A stretch of DNA of 64,000 nucleotides from Gammaproteobacteria bacterium (GTDB lineage: Bacteria; Pseudomonadota; Gammaproteobacteria; DRLM01), in the NCBI GenBank assembly GCA_037381915.1, contig JARRQJ010000021.1, positions 14,634 through 78,633 of the forward strand. The letters run 5' to 3'. The position numbers were made by a program, and so were the translations under genes. The notes beneath the pieces are model-generated. The model was not told where the DNA came from and ran no database searches. It worked only from the letters and a program-made list of their open reading frames with translations. The first letter of the stretch is position 1. Every line of letters begins with the position of its first letter. Shown here one piece after another: positions 23,850 to 34,216 of the stretch.

Positions 23850-25823
23850 ATGAAAAGCCTGTGGAACGATCAAGAAGCCGCGCAATACAAAGATGACTTG
23901 GGATTGCGCGTCTATAGTTCGCGGCTGTTGGGCCGCGACCCGTCACTGGTGCTGCACGGCGGTGGCAATACCTCCGTGAAGATCACCGAGAGGAATATCT
24001 TCGGCGAGCCTGTGGAAGTGCTCTACGTCAAGGGCAGCGGCTGGGACCTGGAGACCATCGATACACCGGGGTTCGCGCCGGTGCAATTGCACCACCTGGT
24101 CGCCCTGTCCAAACTGGAGCGCCTCAGCGATCCCCAGATGGTCAATGAATTAAAGACGCATACCCTCGATGCCGGCGCCCCCACGCCGTCGGTGGAAGCA
24201 ATCCTGCATGCGGTGTTGCCCTACAAATACGTGGACCACACCCACGCCGACGCCATCGTCACCATTACCAATACCGCCGACGGTCCGGCGCGAATCCGGG
24301 CAATCTACGGCGATAGCGTGGTGGTGCTGCCTTATGTGATGCCGGGCTTCGACCTGGCACGCGAGTGCGCGCGGTGCTTCGCCGCAGAGGCGGGCCCGCA
24401 GACTATCGGCATGGTGCTGCTGAATCACGGCATCTTTTCCTTCGGCGCCACGGCGCTGGAATCCTATGAGCGGATGATCGCGCTGGTAAACCGTGCCGAG
24501 GAATACCTGGCCGCAAACAACGCCTGGCAGCTTTCCAGCAGCGCCCCGCATCTGCCCGACCAGGCACTGCGCTCTGATCTGGCCGTATTGCGTCGTAAGC
24601 TGTCGCAGCAGGCGGGCGCACCCCTGCTCTTGGCCACCTGTACCAACGACAAGACCCTGGCCTTCGCCCGCCATCCCGAGGTCGTCCGCATCGCCCAACA
24701 GGGCCCCGCGACGCCGGACCATGTGATTCGCACCAAGCGCCTGCCCATGCTGGGCCGCGATGTGGACGCCTACGTCGAGTCCTACAAGGCTTATTTCGAC
24801 CAATATGCCCCTCACGTCCGCGAACCCAAGACCATGCTCGATCCCACACCACGGGTCATCCTGGACGACGCCTGGGGAATGAGTACCGTGGGCCCGACTG
24901 CACGTGACGCGGCCATTGTGGCGGATATCTACGACCATACCATGGACGTGATTTTGCGCGCGCAGGCCCTGGGCGGCTACCGCGCCCTGTCCGCCCGGGA
25001 ACTGTTCGACATGGAATATTGGGACCTGGAACAGGCCAAATTGCGGAAAGGCGGGAAACCGCCGCTGTTTAGGGGTGAAATCGCCCTGGTCACCGGCGCC
25101 GCCTCCGGCATCGGCAAGGCCTGTGTCCACGCCCTGCTTGCCCGCGGCGCCGCCGTAGCCGGTCTGGATATCGATCCCGCCGTCCTGACGATGTACGACA
25201 AGCCCGCGTTCCATGGGATTCACTGCGACGTAAGCGAGGAAGCGCAACTTGGCGGCGCGCTGGAAGCTGTCGTGCGTCGTTTCGGCGGCCTGGACATGCT
25301 GATCCTCAATGCCGGCGTCTTCCCCCCCGGGCGCCGCATCGCCGACCTGGACAGCGGCGAATGGCGGCGCGTGATGGCCGTCAACCTTGACGCCAACCTG
25401 GCCCTGATGCGCGAGGCCCACCCCCTGTTGAAGCTGGCACCGCGGGGCGGCCGGGTGGTGGTCATCGGTTCAAAAAACGTCCCGGCCCCCGGCCCCGGGG
25501 CCGCCGCCTATTCCGCCTCCAAGGCCGCGCTCAATCAGCTGGCGCGCGTGGCCGCCCTGGAATGGGGGCGCGACCATGTTCGCGTTAATTCGCTCCACCC
25601 CAACGCGGTGTTCGACACCGCCTTGTGGAGCGAGGAGGTCTTGCAGGCCCGCGCCACCCACTATGGGTTGAGCGTGGAACAATACAAGACCAATAACGTA
25701 CTCAAGGTGGAGGTCAGCAGCCGCGATGTCGCCGAGCTGGCGGCGGAAATGTGCGGTCCCCTGTTCGCCAAGACGACCGGCGCACAGGTCCCCGTGGACG
25801 GCGGTAATGACCGGGTGATCTGA
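23850..25823 (+). CDS. Bifunctional class II aldolase / short-chain dehydrogenase
   Basis: GGGNTSVK, KGSG.DL, PSVE..LH, HTHAD, NHG (aldolase); VTGAASGIG, NAG, YSASK (SDR). Confidence 0.9.
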   Translation: MKSLWNDQEAAQYKDDLGLRVYSSRLLGRDPSLVLHGGGNTSVKITERNIFGEPVEVLYVKGSGWDLETIDTPGFAPVQLHHLVALSKLERLSDPQMVNELKTHTLDAGAPTPSVEAILHAVLPYKYVDHTHADAIVTITNTADGPARIRAIYGDSVVVLPYVMPGFDLARECARCFAAEAGPQTIGMVLLNHGIFSFGATALESYERMIALVNRAEEYLAANNAWQLSSSAPHLPDQALRSDLAVLRRKLSQQAGAPLLLATCTNDKTLAFARHPEVVRIAQQGPATPDHVIRTKRLPMLGRDVDAYVESYKAYFDQYAPHVREPKTMLDPTPRVILDDAWGMSTVGPTARDAAIVADIYDHTMDVILRAQALGGYRALSARELFDMEYWDLEQAKLRKGGKPPLFRGEIALVTGAASGIGKACVHALLARGAAVAGLDIDPAVLTMYDKPAFHGIHCDVSEEAQLGGALEAVVRRFGGLDMLILNAGVFPPGRRIADLDSGEWRRVMAVNLDANLALMREAHPLLKLAPRGGRVVVIGSKNVPAPGPGAAAYSASKAALNQLARVAALEWGRDHVRVNSLHPNAVFDTALWSEEVLQARATHYGLSVEQYKTNNVLKVEVSSRDVAELAAEMCGPLFAKTTGAQVPVDGGNDRVI

Positions 25824-25849
25824 CACCCGCTCCGTCCGCCGCTGGCAAT

Positions 25850-25880
25850 AAAAAAGCGGAGCGCCTTGCGGGCACTCCGC
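25850..25880 (-). terminator. Rho-independent terminator (minus strand)
   Basis: Minus strand GCGGAGTGCC-CGCAA-GGCGCTCCGC-TTTTTT. Confidence 0.8.
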
Positions 25881-25937
25881 CAAACAGGGAGAGGGATTAT
25901 GTGACTCAAGCAGACGAGAAGTCTAGATTGAACCACA
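25850..25937 (-). ncRNA. Candidate sigma54-dependent small RNA (~90 nt)
   Basis: Lies between a -24/-12 motif and a terminator on the same strand; no ORF in the track; contains CCCTCTCCC. Confidence 0.5.
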
Positions 25938-25947
25938 CCCTATGCAA

Positions 25948-25963
25948 TGCATGGGTCATGCCA
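25948..25963 (-). promoter_or_regulatory. Sigma54 (-24/-12) promoter motif
   Basis: Minus strand TGGCATGACCCATGCA, with GG-N10-GC spacing (consensus TGGCACG-N4-TTGCW). Confidence 0.55.
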
Positions 25964-26084
25964 GTTACTTGTGTCTATGAAGAACAATTAGTTAACTGGG
26001 GTCGCTGGAAATTTGACATGGTCCGTGCCCCCTCTTAATGCATTTTCGCCGGAAGTGCGTCACGAATGGCCAGAAGGCGACAAT

Positions 26085-26627
26085 TCAGAATTCCCATTCC
26101 AATTGCCCGTCTCCGCCCCCGTCGTAAATGAGTCGGTCCCGCGCCCAGCGCACCCCGGTATTGAGGTGATGGGGGAAAGCCTGCGAGGGATCCAAGACAT
26201 GGATCACCGGGACGCCGTGTGCCGTCAAGTAATCGGCAATCATGGCGCGGTGGCAATGCTGGGGTTGTCGTTCGCCACAGAGCATGGCGGTGGGTCTCGC
26301 ATGCGCCAAGGCGAGCAACTCCGTTATCCCCGCCCGAAACGGCGCGGTGTTCATGTGGTCGGCATAGGCGCGTAAGGGCGCCGACGCCAACGCAGTATGC
26401 ACGGAGGTGCTCGCAGCCCGGCGAAATCCGCCCAATGCCTCGCCCAACCAGCGATAGCCCATACCGGCCTCGTCCAAGAACGGCGCGAACGCCTGTCGGG
26501 AAAAGTGGGGATGGCGGCGCGACGCCGGGTAGGCGCGAACGTCCGCGACACATTCGATCCCGAAGGCGCGCATGGCATCCAAAAACGCCGTTGCGGAACG
26601 GGCGCCGTGGCCGACGGTGTACAGCAT
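26085..26627 (-). CDS. DUF488 family protein
   Basis: LYTVGHG, VADVR.YP.SRR.PHF, LGG.R, MLC.E....CHR..IAD.L. Confidence 0.85.
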   Translation of the reverse strand: MLYTVGHGARSATAFLDAMRAFGIECVADVRAYPASRRHPHFSRQAFAPFLDEAGMGYRWLGEALGGFRRAASTSVHTALASAPLRAYADHMNTAPFRAGITELLALAHARPTAMLCGERQPQHCHRAMIADYLTAHGVPVIHVLDPSQAFPHHLNTGVRWARDRLIYDGGGDGQLEWEF

Positions 26628-26845
26628 CACGGGGGATCGGGTGTTTCCGAGTAGCTCGTCGCTGCGTGCAACCACGTGTCCTGCCGAGTTGCGTACCAAA
26701 ACAATACGGGAAAAAGCATAGCAGGCCTTACCCGCGTCCTGTCAAATCATAAGGAGTCTTTTTGTCACCCTGCTATTGCTTGCTATACTTGGCCGACGCC
26801 AAAACCGGCGGCTACCGTCGCAACTCGTTACAGGACGCATTCAGT

Positions 26846-28513
26846 ATGGCCCAGTACATCTACACGATGAACCGGGTGGGCAAGGTCGTTCCACCCAAGC
26901 GCGAAATTCTCAGAGATATCTCCCTGTCTTTTTTTCCGGGGGCCAAAATCGGCGTCCTCGGTTTGAACGGCGCCGGCAAGTCCACCCTGCTGCGCATCAT
27001 GGCCGGGGTGGATACGGAATTTCTCGGCGAGGCGCGCCCGCAACCTGGCATCCGCATCGGATACCTGCCTCAGGAACCGCAGCTGGACCCTGCTAAGAAC
27101 GTGCGAGGCAACGTGGAAGAGGCGGTGCAAGCGATAAAGGACGCCCTGGAACGCCTGGATGCACTCTACGCCGAGTACGCCGACCCTGACGCGGATTTCG
27201 ACGCCCTGGCCAAAGAGCAAGGCGAACTGGAGTCCTATGTTCAGACCGTCGACGGCCATAATCTCGAACGGCAGCTGGAGGTCGCCGCCGACGCCTTGCG
27301 TCTGCCGCCTTGGGAGGCCGACGTCAGCAAACTGTCCGGTGGTGAGAAACGCCGAGTCGCCCTGTGCCGCTTGTTGTTGTCCGGTCCGGACATGCTGCTG
27401 CTCGACGAACCCACCAATCACCTGGACGCCGAATCGGTGGCCTGGCTGGAACGTTTTCTCCATGAATACAACGGGACGGTGATCGCCATCACCCACGACC
27501 GCTACTTCCTCGACAACGTCTGCGGCTGGATCCTGGAATTGGACCGCGGCCACGGTATTCCCTGGGAAGGCAATTATTCCTCCTGGCTGGAGCAAAAGGA
27601 GAAGCGCCTCGAAGTCGAGGAAAAGCAGGAAAGCGCCCGCCAACGCGCTATGAAGGCGGAACTGGAATGGGTACGTTCCAACCCAAAGGGGCGCCACGCC
27701 AAGAGCAAGGCGCGCCTCACCCGCTTCGAGGACCTGTCCTCGCAAGAGAGCCAGCAACGTAACGAGACCAAGGAGATCTTTATTCCCCCCGGACCACGCC
27801 TCGGTGATACGGTGATCGAGGCCGAAGACCTGCGCAAGGCTTACGGCGACCGGCTGCTCATCAACGGTCTGAATTTCAATCTCCCGCGCGGCGGCATCGT
27901 CGGTGTGATCGGCCCGAACGGCGCCGGGAAAACCACCTTATTCCGTATGCTCTCCGGACAGGAAAAGCCGGACGGCGGCGAACTGCGCATCGGCGAAACG
28001 GTGCAGCTCGCCTACGTGGATCAATCCCGGGACACCCTGGACAATGACAAGACCGCCTGGCAGGAGGTCTCCGACGGGCAGGACATCATCAGCGTAGGCA
28101 AATTTCAGATGCCGTCCCGCGCCTATCTCAGCCGTTTCAATTTCAAAGGCACCGATCAGCAGAAGTTGGTAAAGGAATTGTCCGGGGGAGAACGCAATCG
28201 CCTCCATCTGGCCAAGCTCCTGAAAAGCGGTGGAAATGTATTGCTGCTCGACGAACCGACCAACGATCTGGACGTGGAAACCCTCCGCGCCCTGGAAGAG
28301 GCCATCCTGGACTTTCCCGGATGCGTGGTGGTGATCTCCCACGACCGCTGGTTCCTGGACCGCATCGCCACCCACATGCTGGCCTTCGAGGGCGACAGCA
28401 AGGTGACATGGTTCGAGGGCAACTACGCCGACTACGAGGCCGACCGCCACCGCCGCCTCGGCACCGACGCGGATCAGCCCCACCGTATTAAATACCGTCG
28501 TCTGGACGCCTGA
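26846..28513 (+). CDS. ettA: Energy-dependent translational throttle ABC-F protein EttA
   Basis: MAQYIYTM start, 555 aa, two ABC cassettes, C-terminal PHRIKYRRL. Confidence 0.97.
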   Translation: MAQYIYTMNRVGKVVPPKREILRDISLSFFPGAKIGVLGLNGAGKSTLLRIMAGVDTEFLGEARPQPGIRIGYLPQEPQLDPAKNVRGNVEEAVQAIKDALERLDALYAEYADPDADFDALAKEQGELESYVQTVDGHNLERQLEVAADALRLPPWEADVSKLSGGEKRRVALCRLLLSGPDMLLLDEPTNHLDAESVAWLERFLHEYNGTVIAITHDRYFLDNVCGWILELDRGHGIPWEGNYSSWLEQKEKRLEVEEKQESARQRAMKAELEWVRSNPKGRHAKSKARLTRFEDLSSQESQQRNETKEIFIPPGPRLGDTVIEAEDLRKAYGDRLLINGLNFNLPRGGIVGVIGPNGAGKTTLFRMLSGQEKPDGGELRIGETVQLAYVDQSRDTLDNDKTAWQEVSDGQDIISVGKFQMPSRAYLSRFNFKGTDQQKLVKELSGGERNRLHLAKLLKSGGNVLLLDEPTNDLDVETLRALEEAILDFPGCVVVISHDRWFLDRIATHMLAFEGDSKVTWFEGNYADYEADRHRRLGTDADQPHRIKYRRLDA

Positions 28514-28593
28514 TCCCGCCGGCACCCGATTCAAGCGGGTGCCCCGCCAACCGCTATAACTTATATCCCTTTGGGAAATAAGCCCCTTAATAA

Positions 28594-29796
28594 ATGCAAC
28601 AAATCTATATCGGCCGCCAGCCGATCTTCGATCGGAAGCAGGATCTGTTCGCCTACGAACTATTGTATCGCGCGAATAATGTGCACAATGCCGCCGGGGT
28701 GATAGATCAGGATCACGCCACCACCCAGGTGGTGATCAACGCATGCCTGGATTTCGGCCTGAAACAGTTGGTGGGCGAGAAAAAGGCCTTCATCAATCTG
28801 CCGCGCAGCTTCATCGTGGGTGATAAGCCCATACTGCTTCCCAACGATCAGGTGATCCTGGAGATCCTGGAAGACATCGAAATAGACGACGCCTTGTTGC
28901 GTTCCCTTCGCCAACTGCGCACCCAAGGATATCAAATTGCGCTGGACGATTTTACCTATCATGCCGAGCTGCGGCCTCTGATCACGCTCAGCAAAATCGT
29001 AAAAATCGATTTCCGGGCCTTGTCTCCCGAGCAAATCCGCGAACATGTGGAGGTGCTGAAGGACTATAAAATCGATTTACTCGCGGAAAAGATTGAAACC
29101 CATCAAGAGTTCGAATTCGCCAAGGAACTGGGATTTCATTATTTCCAAGGCTATTTTTTATGCAGACCCCACATCGTTACCGGGCGCAGCCTCGCGTCCA
29201 ACCGCATGGCCATCCTGCGCCTGCTGTGTGAGTTGCTCGATCCCAATAAGAACATCACGGAGTTGGCCGAGTTGGTCAGTCACGATGTCGCGCTCAGTTT
29301 CAAGCTACTGCGCAGTTTAAACTCGCCCTTTTGTGGATTGCCCGAACGTATCGATTCCGTTCACCACGCCATCGCCTATTTGGGACTGCAACAAATCAAG
29401 CAATGGGCGTCCCTCATCGTCCTGGCGAATATCACCGACAAACCTTCGCAGCTGATGGTAATGGCGCTCACGCGCGGGAAAATGTGCGAACTTGTCGGAG
29501 AGGCAATGGGTGTCGAGAATACGGCAAGTCTATTTACGGTGGGAATGTTGTCGCTGTTGGATGCGCTCATGGACAACAGCTTGGAGACCGTCTTGCTCGA
29601 GCTGCCGCTGGCGGCCGAACTCAAAGCGGCCATCCTGAATCGGGAAGGCGCCATGGGCGGCATCCTGCGGGCCGTCCTGGCCTATGAGCAGGGTCATTGG
29701 GAGGTAATCGATATTTGTTTGCCGGAAGCGGGCAAGTTCACCGAAGCCTATATGCAGGCGGTAGCCTGGTCCGATCAGGTTTACCGGCATATCTAG
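28594..29796 (+). CDS. EAL/HDOD domain protein (YuxH/CdgJ type)
   Basis: RQPIFD, YELLYR, FIN, IALDDF, LAEKIET, FQGYF, then HDOD (KLLRSLNS, AIAYLG). Confidence 0.9.
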   Translation: MQQIYIGRQPIFDRKQDLFAYELLYRANNVHNAAGVIDQDHATTQVVINACLDFGLKQLVGEKKAFINLPRSFIVGDKPILLPNDQVILEILEDIEIDDALLRSLRQLRTQGYQIALDDFTYHAELRPLITLSKIVKIDFRALSPEQIREHVEVLKDYKIDLLAEKIETHQEFEFAKELGFHYFQGYFLCRPHIVTGRSLASNRMAILRLLCELLDPNKNITELAELVSHDVALSFKLLRSLNSPFCGLPERIDSVHHAIAYLGLQQIKQWASLIVLANITDKPSQLMVMALTRGKMCELVGEAMGVENTASLFTVGMLSLLDALMDNSLETVLLELPLAAELKAAILNREGAMGGILRAVLAYEQGHWEVIDICLPEAGKFTEAYMQAVAWSDQVYRHI

Positions 29797-29821
29797 GATC
29801 GTCGGGAACGACCGCTGACTT

Positions 29822-30511
29822 TTAAACCTTGCCGTGACTACCGGTAAGCGGCACGAAGGCCACGGGCAATACTTCCGTCGTGGCAATGCTTCCTTGCTCG
29901 TCCTTGTCTATCACACTCAGTACCTGCCGTCCATATGGCATCCCGACCGGGATCACCATGCGCCCGCCGCATTTGAGTTGTTCCAGCAAGGGTGGCGGCA
30001 GCGCAAGCGCCGCCGCCGTGACGATAACGGCATCGAACGGGGCATGTTCCTCCCATCCGAGGTAACCGTCACCGCAGCGCACGGAGACGTTGTCGTAGCC
30101 CAGTCGCCGTAACCGTGCCGTGGACTCTTGCGCCAGCGGCGCCACGATCTCGACGCTATAAACCTGCTTGACCAACAAGGACAGTACCGCCGCCTGATAC
30201 CCGGAACCGGTCCCCACTTCCAACACTACATCCCCGGCCTGCGGCCGCAGCAGATCGGTCATCAGCGCCACGATATAGGGCTGTGAGATGGTCTGGCCAT
30301 GGCCGATGCCCAGCGGACCATCGCTATAGGCAAGATAGTCAAACTCTTGCGGCACGAATTCATGGCGCTGCACCTTCGCCATGGCCGCCAGCACCCGCGG
30401 ATCCAGTTCTTCTTTGCCGATCCAGGATCTGGTCAGCTCCACTTCCCGGCGGATATCCCGCAGCATACGCGCTATATCGTCACTCATAAGCCCCGTTCCT
30501 GTATTAGTCAT
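29822..30511 (-). CDS. pcm: Protein-L-isoaspartate O-methyltransferase
   Basis: GQTISQPYIVA.M, VLEVGTGSGYQAA, APFDAVIVTAA, FVPL. Confidence 0.93.
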   Translation of the reverse strand: MTNTGTGLMSDDIARMLRDIRREVELTRSWIGKEELDPRVLAAMAKVQRHEFVPQEFDYLAYSDGPLGIGHGQTISQPYIVALMTDLLRPQAGDVVLEVGTGSGYQAAVLSLLVKQVYSVEIVAPLAQESTARLRRLGYDNVSVRCGDGYLGWEEHAPFDAVIVTAAALALPPPLLEQLKCGGRMVIPVGMPYGRQVLSVIDKDEQGSIATTEVLPVAFVPLTGSHGKV

Positions 30512-30585
30512 GCTACTCGGCGTCGAAGTACGGTATCATTAGCCGCCGGCCTTTTGGTTAGTATGCATTATCCAGAAACATTGTT

Positions 30586-31824
30586 ATGCCCAATCTTCGC
30601 ACCCCCGTGCATAGACAATCCACGGTAGCAGTTAAGGTACAGCACGTCACCATAGGCGGCCGGGCACCCATCGTGGTGCAGTCCATGACCAATACCGATA
30701 CTGCAGACGTAAGCGCCACCACCCGGCAGATCCTGCAACTCGCCCGGGCGGGCTCCGAACTGGTACGCATCACCGTGAACAGCGACGAAGCGGCGCGCGC
30801 CGTGCCCCACATCCGGGAAGAACTGGACAAGCGTGGATGCAACACCCCGCTTATCGGCGATTTCCACTTCAACGGCCATAAGCTGCTAACTAGTCATCCG
30901 GCGTGCGCCGAAGCGCTGGCCAAGTATCGCATCAATCCCGGTAATGTGGGACGCGGCAAGAAGAAGGATGAGCAATACGCCACCATGATCGAGATCGCCT
31001 GCCGCCATGACAAACCGGTACGGATAGGCGTCAATTGGGGCAGCCTTGACCAGGCCCTGGTGGTGACACTTATGGATGAAAATGCCCGGCGGCCGCAGCC
31101 GCGCGATTCGGCCTACATCATTCATGAAGCCATGGTAAGCTCCGCGCTGCAAAGTGCCCACAAGGCGGAAGAATGGGGTTTGGCCCACGATAAGATTGTA
31201 TTGTCATGTAAAATGAGCGGCGTCCAGGACCTGATCGCCGTCTACCGCGACCTGGCCGCACGCTGCGATTACCCGCTTCACTTGGGCCTGACCGAGGCCG
31301 GCATGGGCAGCAAGGGCATCGTGGCTTCCAGCACCGCCTTGGCGGTGCTTCTGCAGGAAGGAATCGGCGATACCATCCGCATCTCCCTGACACCGGAGCC
31401 CGGCGGTGACCGCAGCCAAGAGGTCATCGTGGCTCAGGAAATCCTGCAGACCATGGGCCTGCGTTCTTTCACCCCCATGGTTATCGCCTGTCCCGGTTGC
31501 GGGCGCACCAGCAGCACCTATTTCCAGCAATTGGCGCAGGACATCCAAGGCTATCTTCGCCATCAGATGCCCGTTTGGCGTCGGCAATACCCCGGGGTGG
31601 AAGAAATGACCGTGGCAGTGATGGGCTGCGTGGTCAACGGCCCGGGCGAAAGCAAGCACGCCAATATCGGCATCAGCCTGCCCGGTACCGGTGAAATACC
31701 CGTGGCACCGGTCTATGTGGACGGCGAAAAGACCGTGACGCTAAAGGGCGACCGCATTGCTGAGGAATTTCAGCGCATCGTCGACGACTACGTCCGGCGC
31801 AGCTACGGCGAGCGCCGGTTCTAA
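30586..31824 (+). CDS. ispG: HMBPP synthase IspG
   Basis: [47 protein letters not shown]. Confidence 0.97.
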   Translation: MPNLRTPVHRQSTVAVKVQHVTIGGRAPIVVQSMTNTDTADVSATTRQILQLARAGSELVRITVNSDEAARAVPHIREELDKRGCNTPLIGDFHFNGHKLLTSHPACAEALAKYRINPGNVGRGKKKDEQYATMIEIACRHDKPVRIGVNWGSLDQALVVTLMDENARRPQPRDSAYIIHEAMVSSALQSAHKAEEWGLAHDKIVLSCKMSGVQDLIAVYRDLAARCDYPLHLGLTEAGMGSKGIVASSTALAVLLQEGIGDTIRISLTPEPGGDRSQEVIVAQEILQTMGLRSFTPMVIACPGCGRTSSTYFQQLAQDIQGYLRHQMPVWRRQYPGVEEMTVAVMGCVVNGPGESKHANIGISLPGTGEIPVAPVYVDGEKTVTLKGDRIAEEFQRIVDDYVRRSYGERRF

Positions 31825-31888
31825 CCGCCCGGGACCGGTATTCACCCCCCGGGATTGCCGAATCTCCCGCCCCTGCCCAGCCCTCGCA

Positions 31889-31902
31889 TTGATCAAGATC
31901 CA
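31889..31902. promoter_or_regulatory. FNR/Anr-like site
   Basis: TTGAT-CAAG-ATCCA, one mismatch to TTGAT-N4-ATCAA. Confidence 0.35.
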
Positions 31903-32372
31903 TCCGCAACCAATTAATGAATAAGTTCCTAGGCTATAACTTTTTTCTTCCGCGCCGATAGTACGTTGCGGTGGGCGCCGCCACCGGCTCCGCCAAGGAT
32001 CAAGCATAAAACACAGGTCCGGGCGCCCCCTTTTTGAAAACTAGACTCAATCTTAAAGGAAAGCTGCAGCCGGCAAGGGGAAAATATTTCTTCCGCTACG
32101 GTCAAACTTTCGTATAGAGTGAGTTGGGCGTTGGGCGTGCTGAGAGGTAACGTCGCCCCACCCCCATGATATCCGGAGCGTCGGACATTATGAGAGGCAA
32201 GAGAATGACGGACTATATGTGGACGCCGTCGGTAATTTCTCATTCGATCAGCCAAGCGACAAGGACAGCCGCCGGTCGTGGACGCAGAGCCTTGTGCTAT
32301 CCTTTTTTAAGGACTGGCGAGTTTAACTCTTGTAGCGGCTATAAATAGGTCAACGCAAAAGGAAACGCTGAT

Positions 32373-32684
32373 ATGGCAGACGTTAGAGCAAGTACTACCA
32401 CGGGCGCCTCCAAGGCTCCCGCGAAAAAAGTAACTGTAAAATCAAGAGGGAAAAAGGCAGCCGCAACGGGTGCGCGCAAGACCATCGCCAAGGCCAAAGC
32501 CAAGAAGACCAATACCCCCAAGGAAGCGGCTCCCAGCCAAACCGTGACTCCCGAAGAACGTTGGAGAATGGTGGCGGAAGCGGCCTATCTGCGGGCCGAA
32601 CGACGCGGTTTCAGCGGTGGGAATCCCACCGACGATTGGCTGGCGGCCGAAGCGGAGATCGAAACGCTACTCACCAAGAGATAG
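32373..32684 (+). CDS. DUF2934 domain protein with Lys/Ala-rich N-terminus
   Basis: ERWRMVAEAAYLRAERRGF.GG....DWLAAEAEI; SD AAGGA. Confidence 0.85.
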   Translation: MADVRASTTTGASKAPAKKVTVKSRGKKAAATGARKTIAKAKAKKTNTPKEAAPSQTVTPEERWRMVAEAAYLRAERRGFSGGNPTDDWLAAEAEIETLLTKR

Positions 32685-33055
32685 GCGCTAGGCGGCATAC
32701 GACCGTCAGCGATGCCGCGCGGCAGAGCGCTCCTTTTGCCGCCTGTCCCGCTTCACACCCCTAAAGCTGCTGCCCAGGGCATCCCGATCGCCACATCACC
32801 GCTTCCCTATTCCCTTCCTGCCTTCCCCCTCACGGAGCCGACCTTCCTAAATGCTATTGCCCGGTCCCTTACATAGACTCCCGCAAATTGGCTATCGCCC
32901 CTGGTGGTGAAGAGCTTCGCTCCGCCGCCGCCTAGCTAGAACTCCATGAATGTCAGCCGATTCCCGGCTAAAACGGTACAATGCGTCCTGACGCAGAGTC
33001 TGGTGGATGGAGATCTTCAAATGACCCGGCAAGACAAACCGCATGTAATAGCGCA

Positions 33056-34216
33056 ATGAAAAAAACCGTTTATCGCCTTACCCTGGTTGCTCTGGTCATC
33101 ATCGCAGTCATTGCGGGCGGCTGGTATCTCTCCCGTCCCAAACCCATAGCCGTCGCCGTCACAGCGGTGGAACGCGGGACCGTCGAGGCCACCGTCTCCA
33201 ACACCCGCGCCGGCACGGTCAAGGCCTGCCGCCGCGCCCGGCTCGCCCCGGCCATCGGTGGCCAGATCGCCAAACTGGCGGTCAAGGAAGGGGATCGGGT
33301 CAAGACCGGACAGGTGCTGTTGTCCCTGTGGAACGACGACGTCACCGCGCAACTGCAACTCGCGCAACGGGAAACCACCGCCGCGCGCGCCACGGCCGAT
33401 CAAACCTGTCTCCTGGCAAACAATGCGGTCCGCGAAGCGAAACGTCTCGATGCCCTGCGCAAGAAGGGCCAGGTATCGGAGCAGCAGGCGGATAACGCCC
33501 AGGCCCAGGCCCAGGCTGGTCAGGCCAGTTGCCGCGCCGCCCGCGCCAATGTGGAGGTCAGCGCGGCACGGGTCAGCGTCGCGCGCGCCGCGGTGGAGCG
33601 CACGCTGCTGCGTGCCCCCTTCCCCGGTGTCGTGGGGGAGGTCAACGGCGAACTCGGCGAGTTCGTCACCCCCTCGCCCACCGGCGTGGCGACCCTGCCC
33701 GCCGTCGATCTGCTCGATACCAGTTGCCTGTACATCGCCGCGCCCATCGACGAGGTGGATGCGCCGCAGATCAAGACCGGCATGACGGCGCGCATCAGCC
33801 TCGACGCCTTCCCCGATAAACATTTCGCCGGGCGGGTCAGCCGCATCGCCCCCTATGTCCTGGAAGTCGAAAAGCAGGCACGCACCGTAGACGTCGAGGC
33901 CAAGTTCACCGACCCCGCCGACTATCGTAGCCTGCGCCCCGGTTACAGTGCCGACCTGGAGATCATCATCGCCGTGAAACACGACGTGCTGCGCATCCCC
34001 ACCGAGGCGGTCCTGGAAGGCCATCGGGTCCTGGTCTACAACCCCGCCACCCATATTCTGGAAGAGCGGCACTTCAAGGCCGGGCTCTCCAATTGGAAAT
34101 ATACCGAGGTCCTTTCCGGCCTGTCCGCCGGCAATCTCGTCGTCTTGTCCATCGATCGCGAAGGGGTGAAGGCCGGCGTCCGGGCCACGCTTGAAAAATC
34201 ACAAACGGCGCCATGA
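33056..34216 (+). CDS. Efflux periplasmic adaptor (MacA/HlyD-like)
   Basis: N-terminal TM anchor, lipoyl motif (V.EGDRVK.GQ.L), coiled coil, LRAPF.G. Confidence 0.9.
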   Translation: MKKTVYRLTLVALVIIAVIAGGWYLSRPKPIAVAVTAVERGTVEATVSNTRAGTVKACRRARLAPAIGGQIAKLAVKEGDRVKTGQVLLSLWNDDVTAQLQLAQRETTAARATADQTCLLANNAVREAKRLDALRKKGQVSEQQADNAQAQAQAGQASCRAARANVEVSAARVSVARAAVERTLLRAPFPGVVGEVNGELGEFVTPSPTGVATLPAVDLLDTSCLYIAAPIDEVDAPQIKTGMTARISLDAFPDKHFAGRVSRIAPYVLEVEKQARTVDVEAKFTDPADYRSLRPGYSADLEIIIAVKHDVLRIPTEAVLEGHRVLVYNPATHILEERHFKAGLSNWKYTEVLSGLSAGNLVVLSIDREGVKAGVRATLEKSQTAP

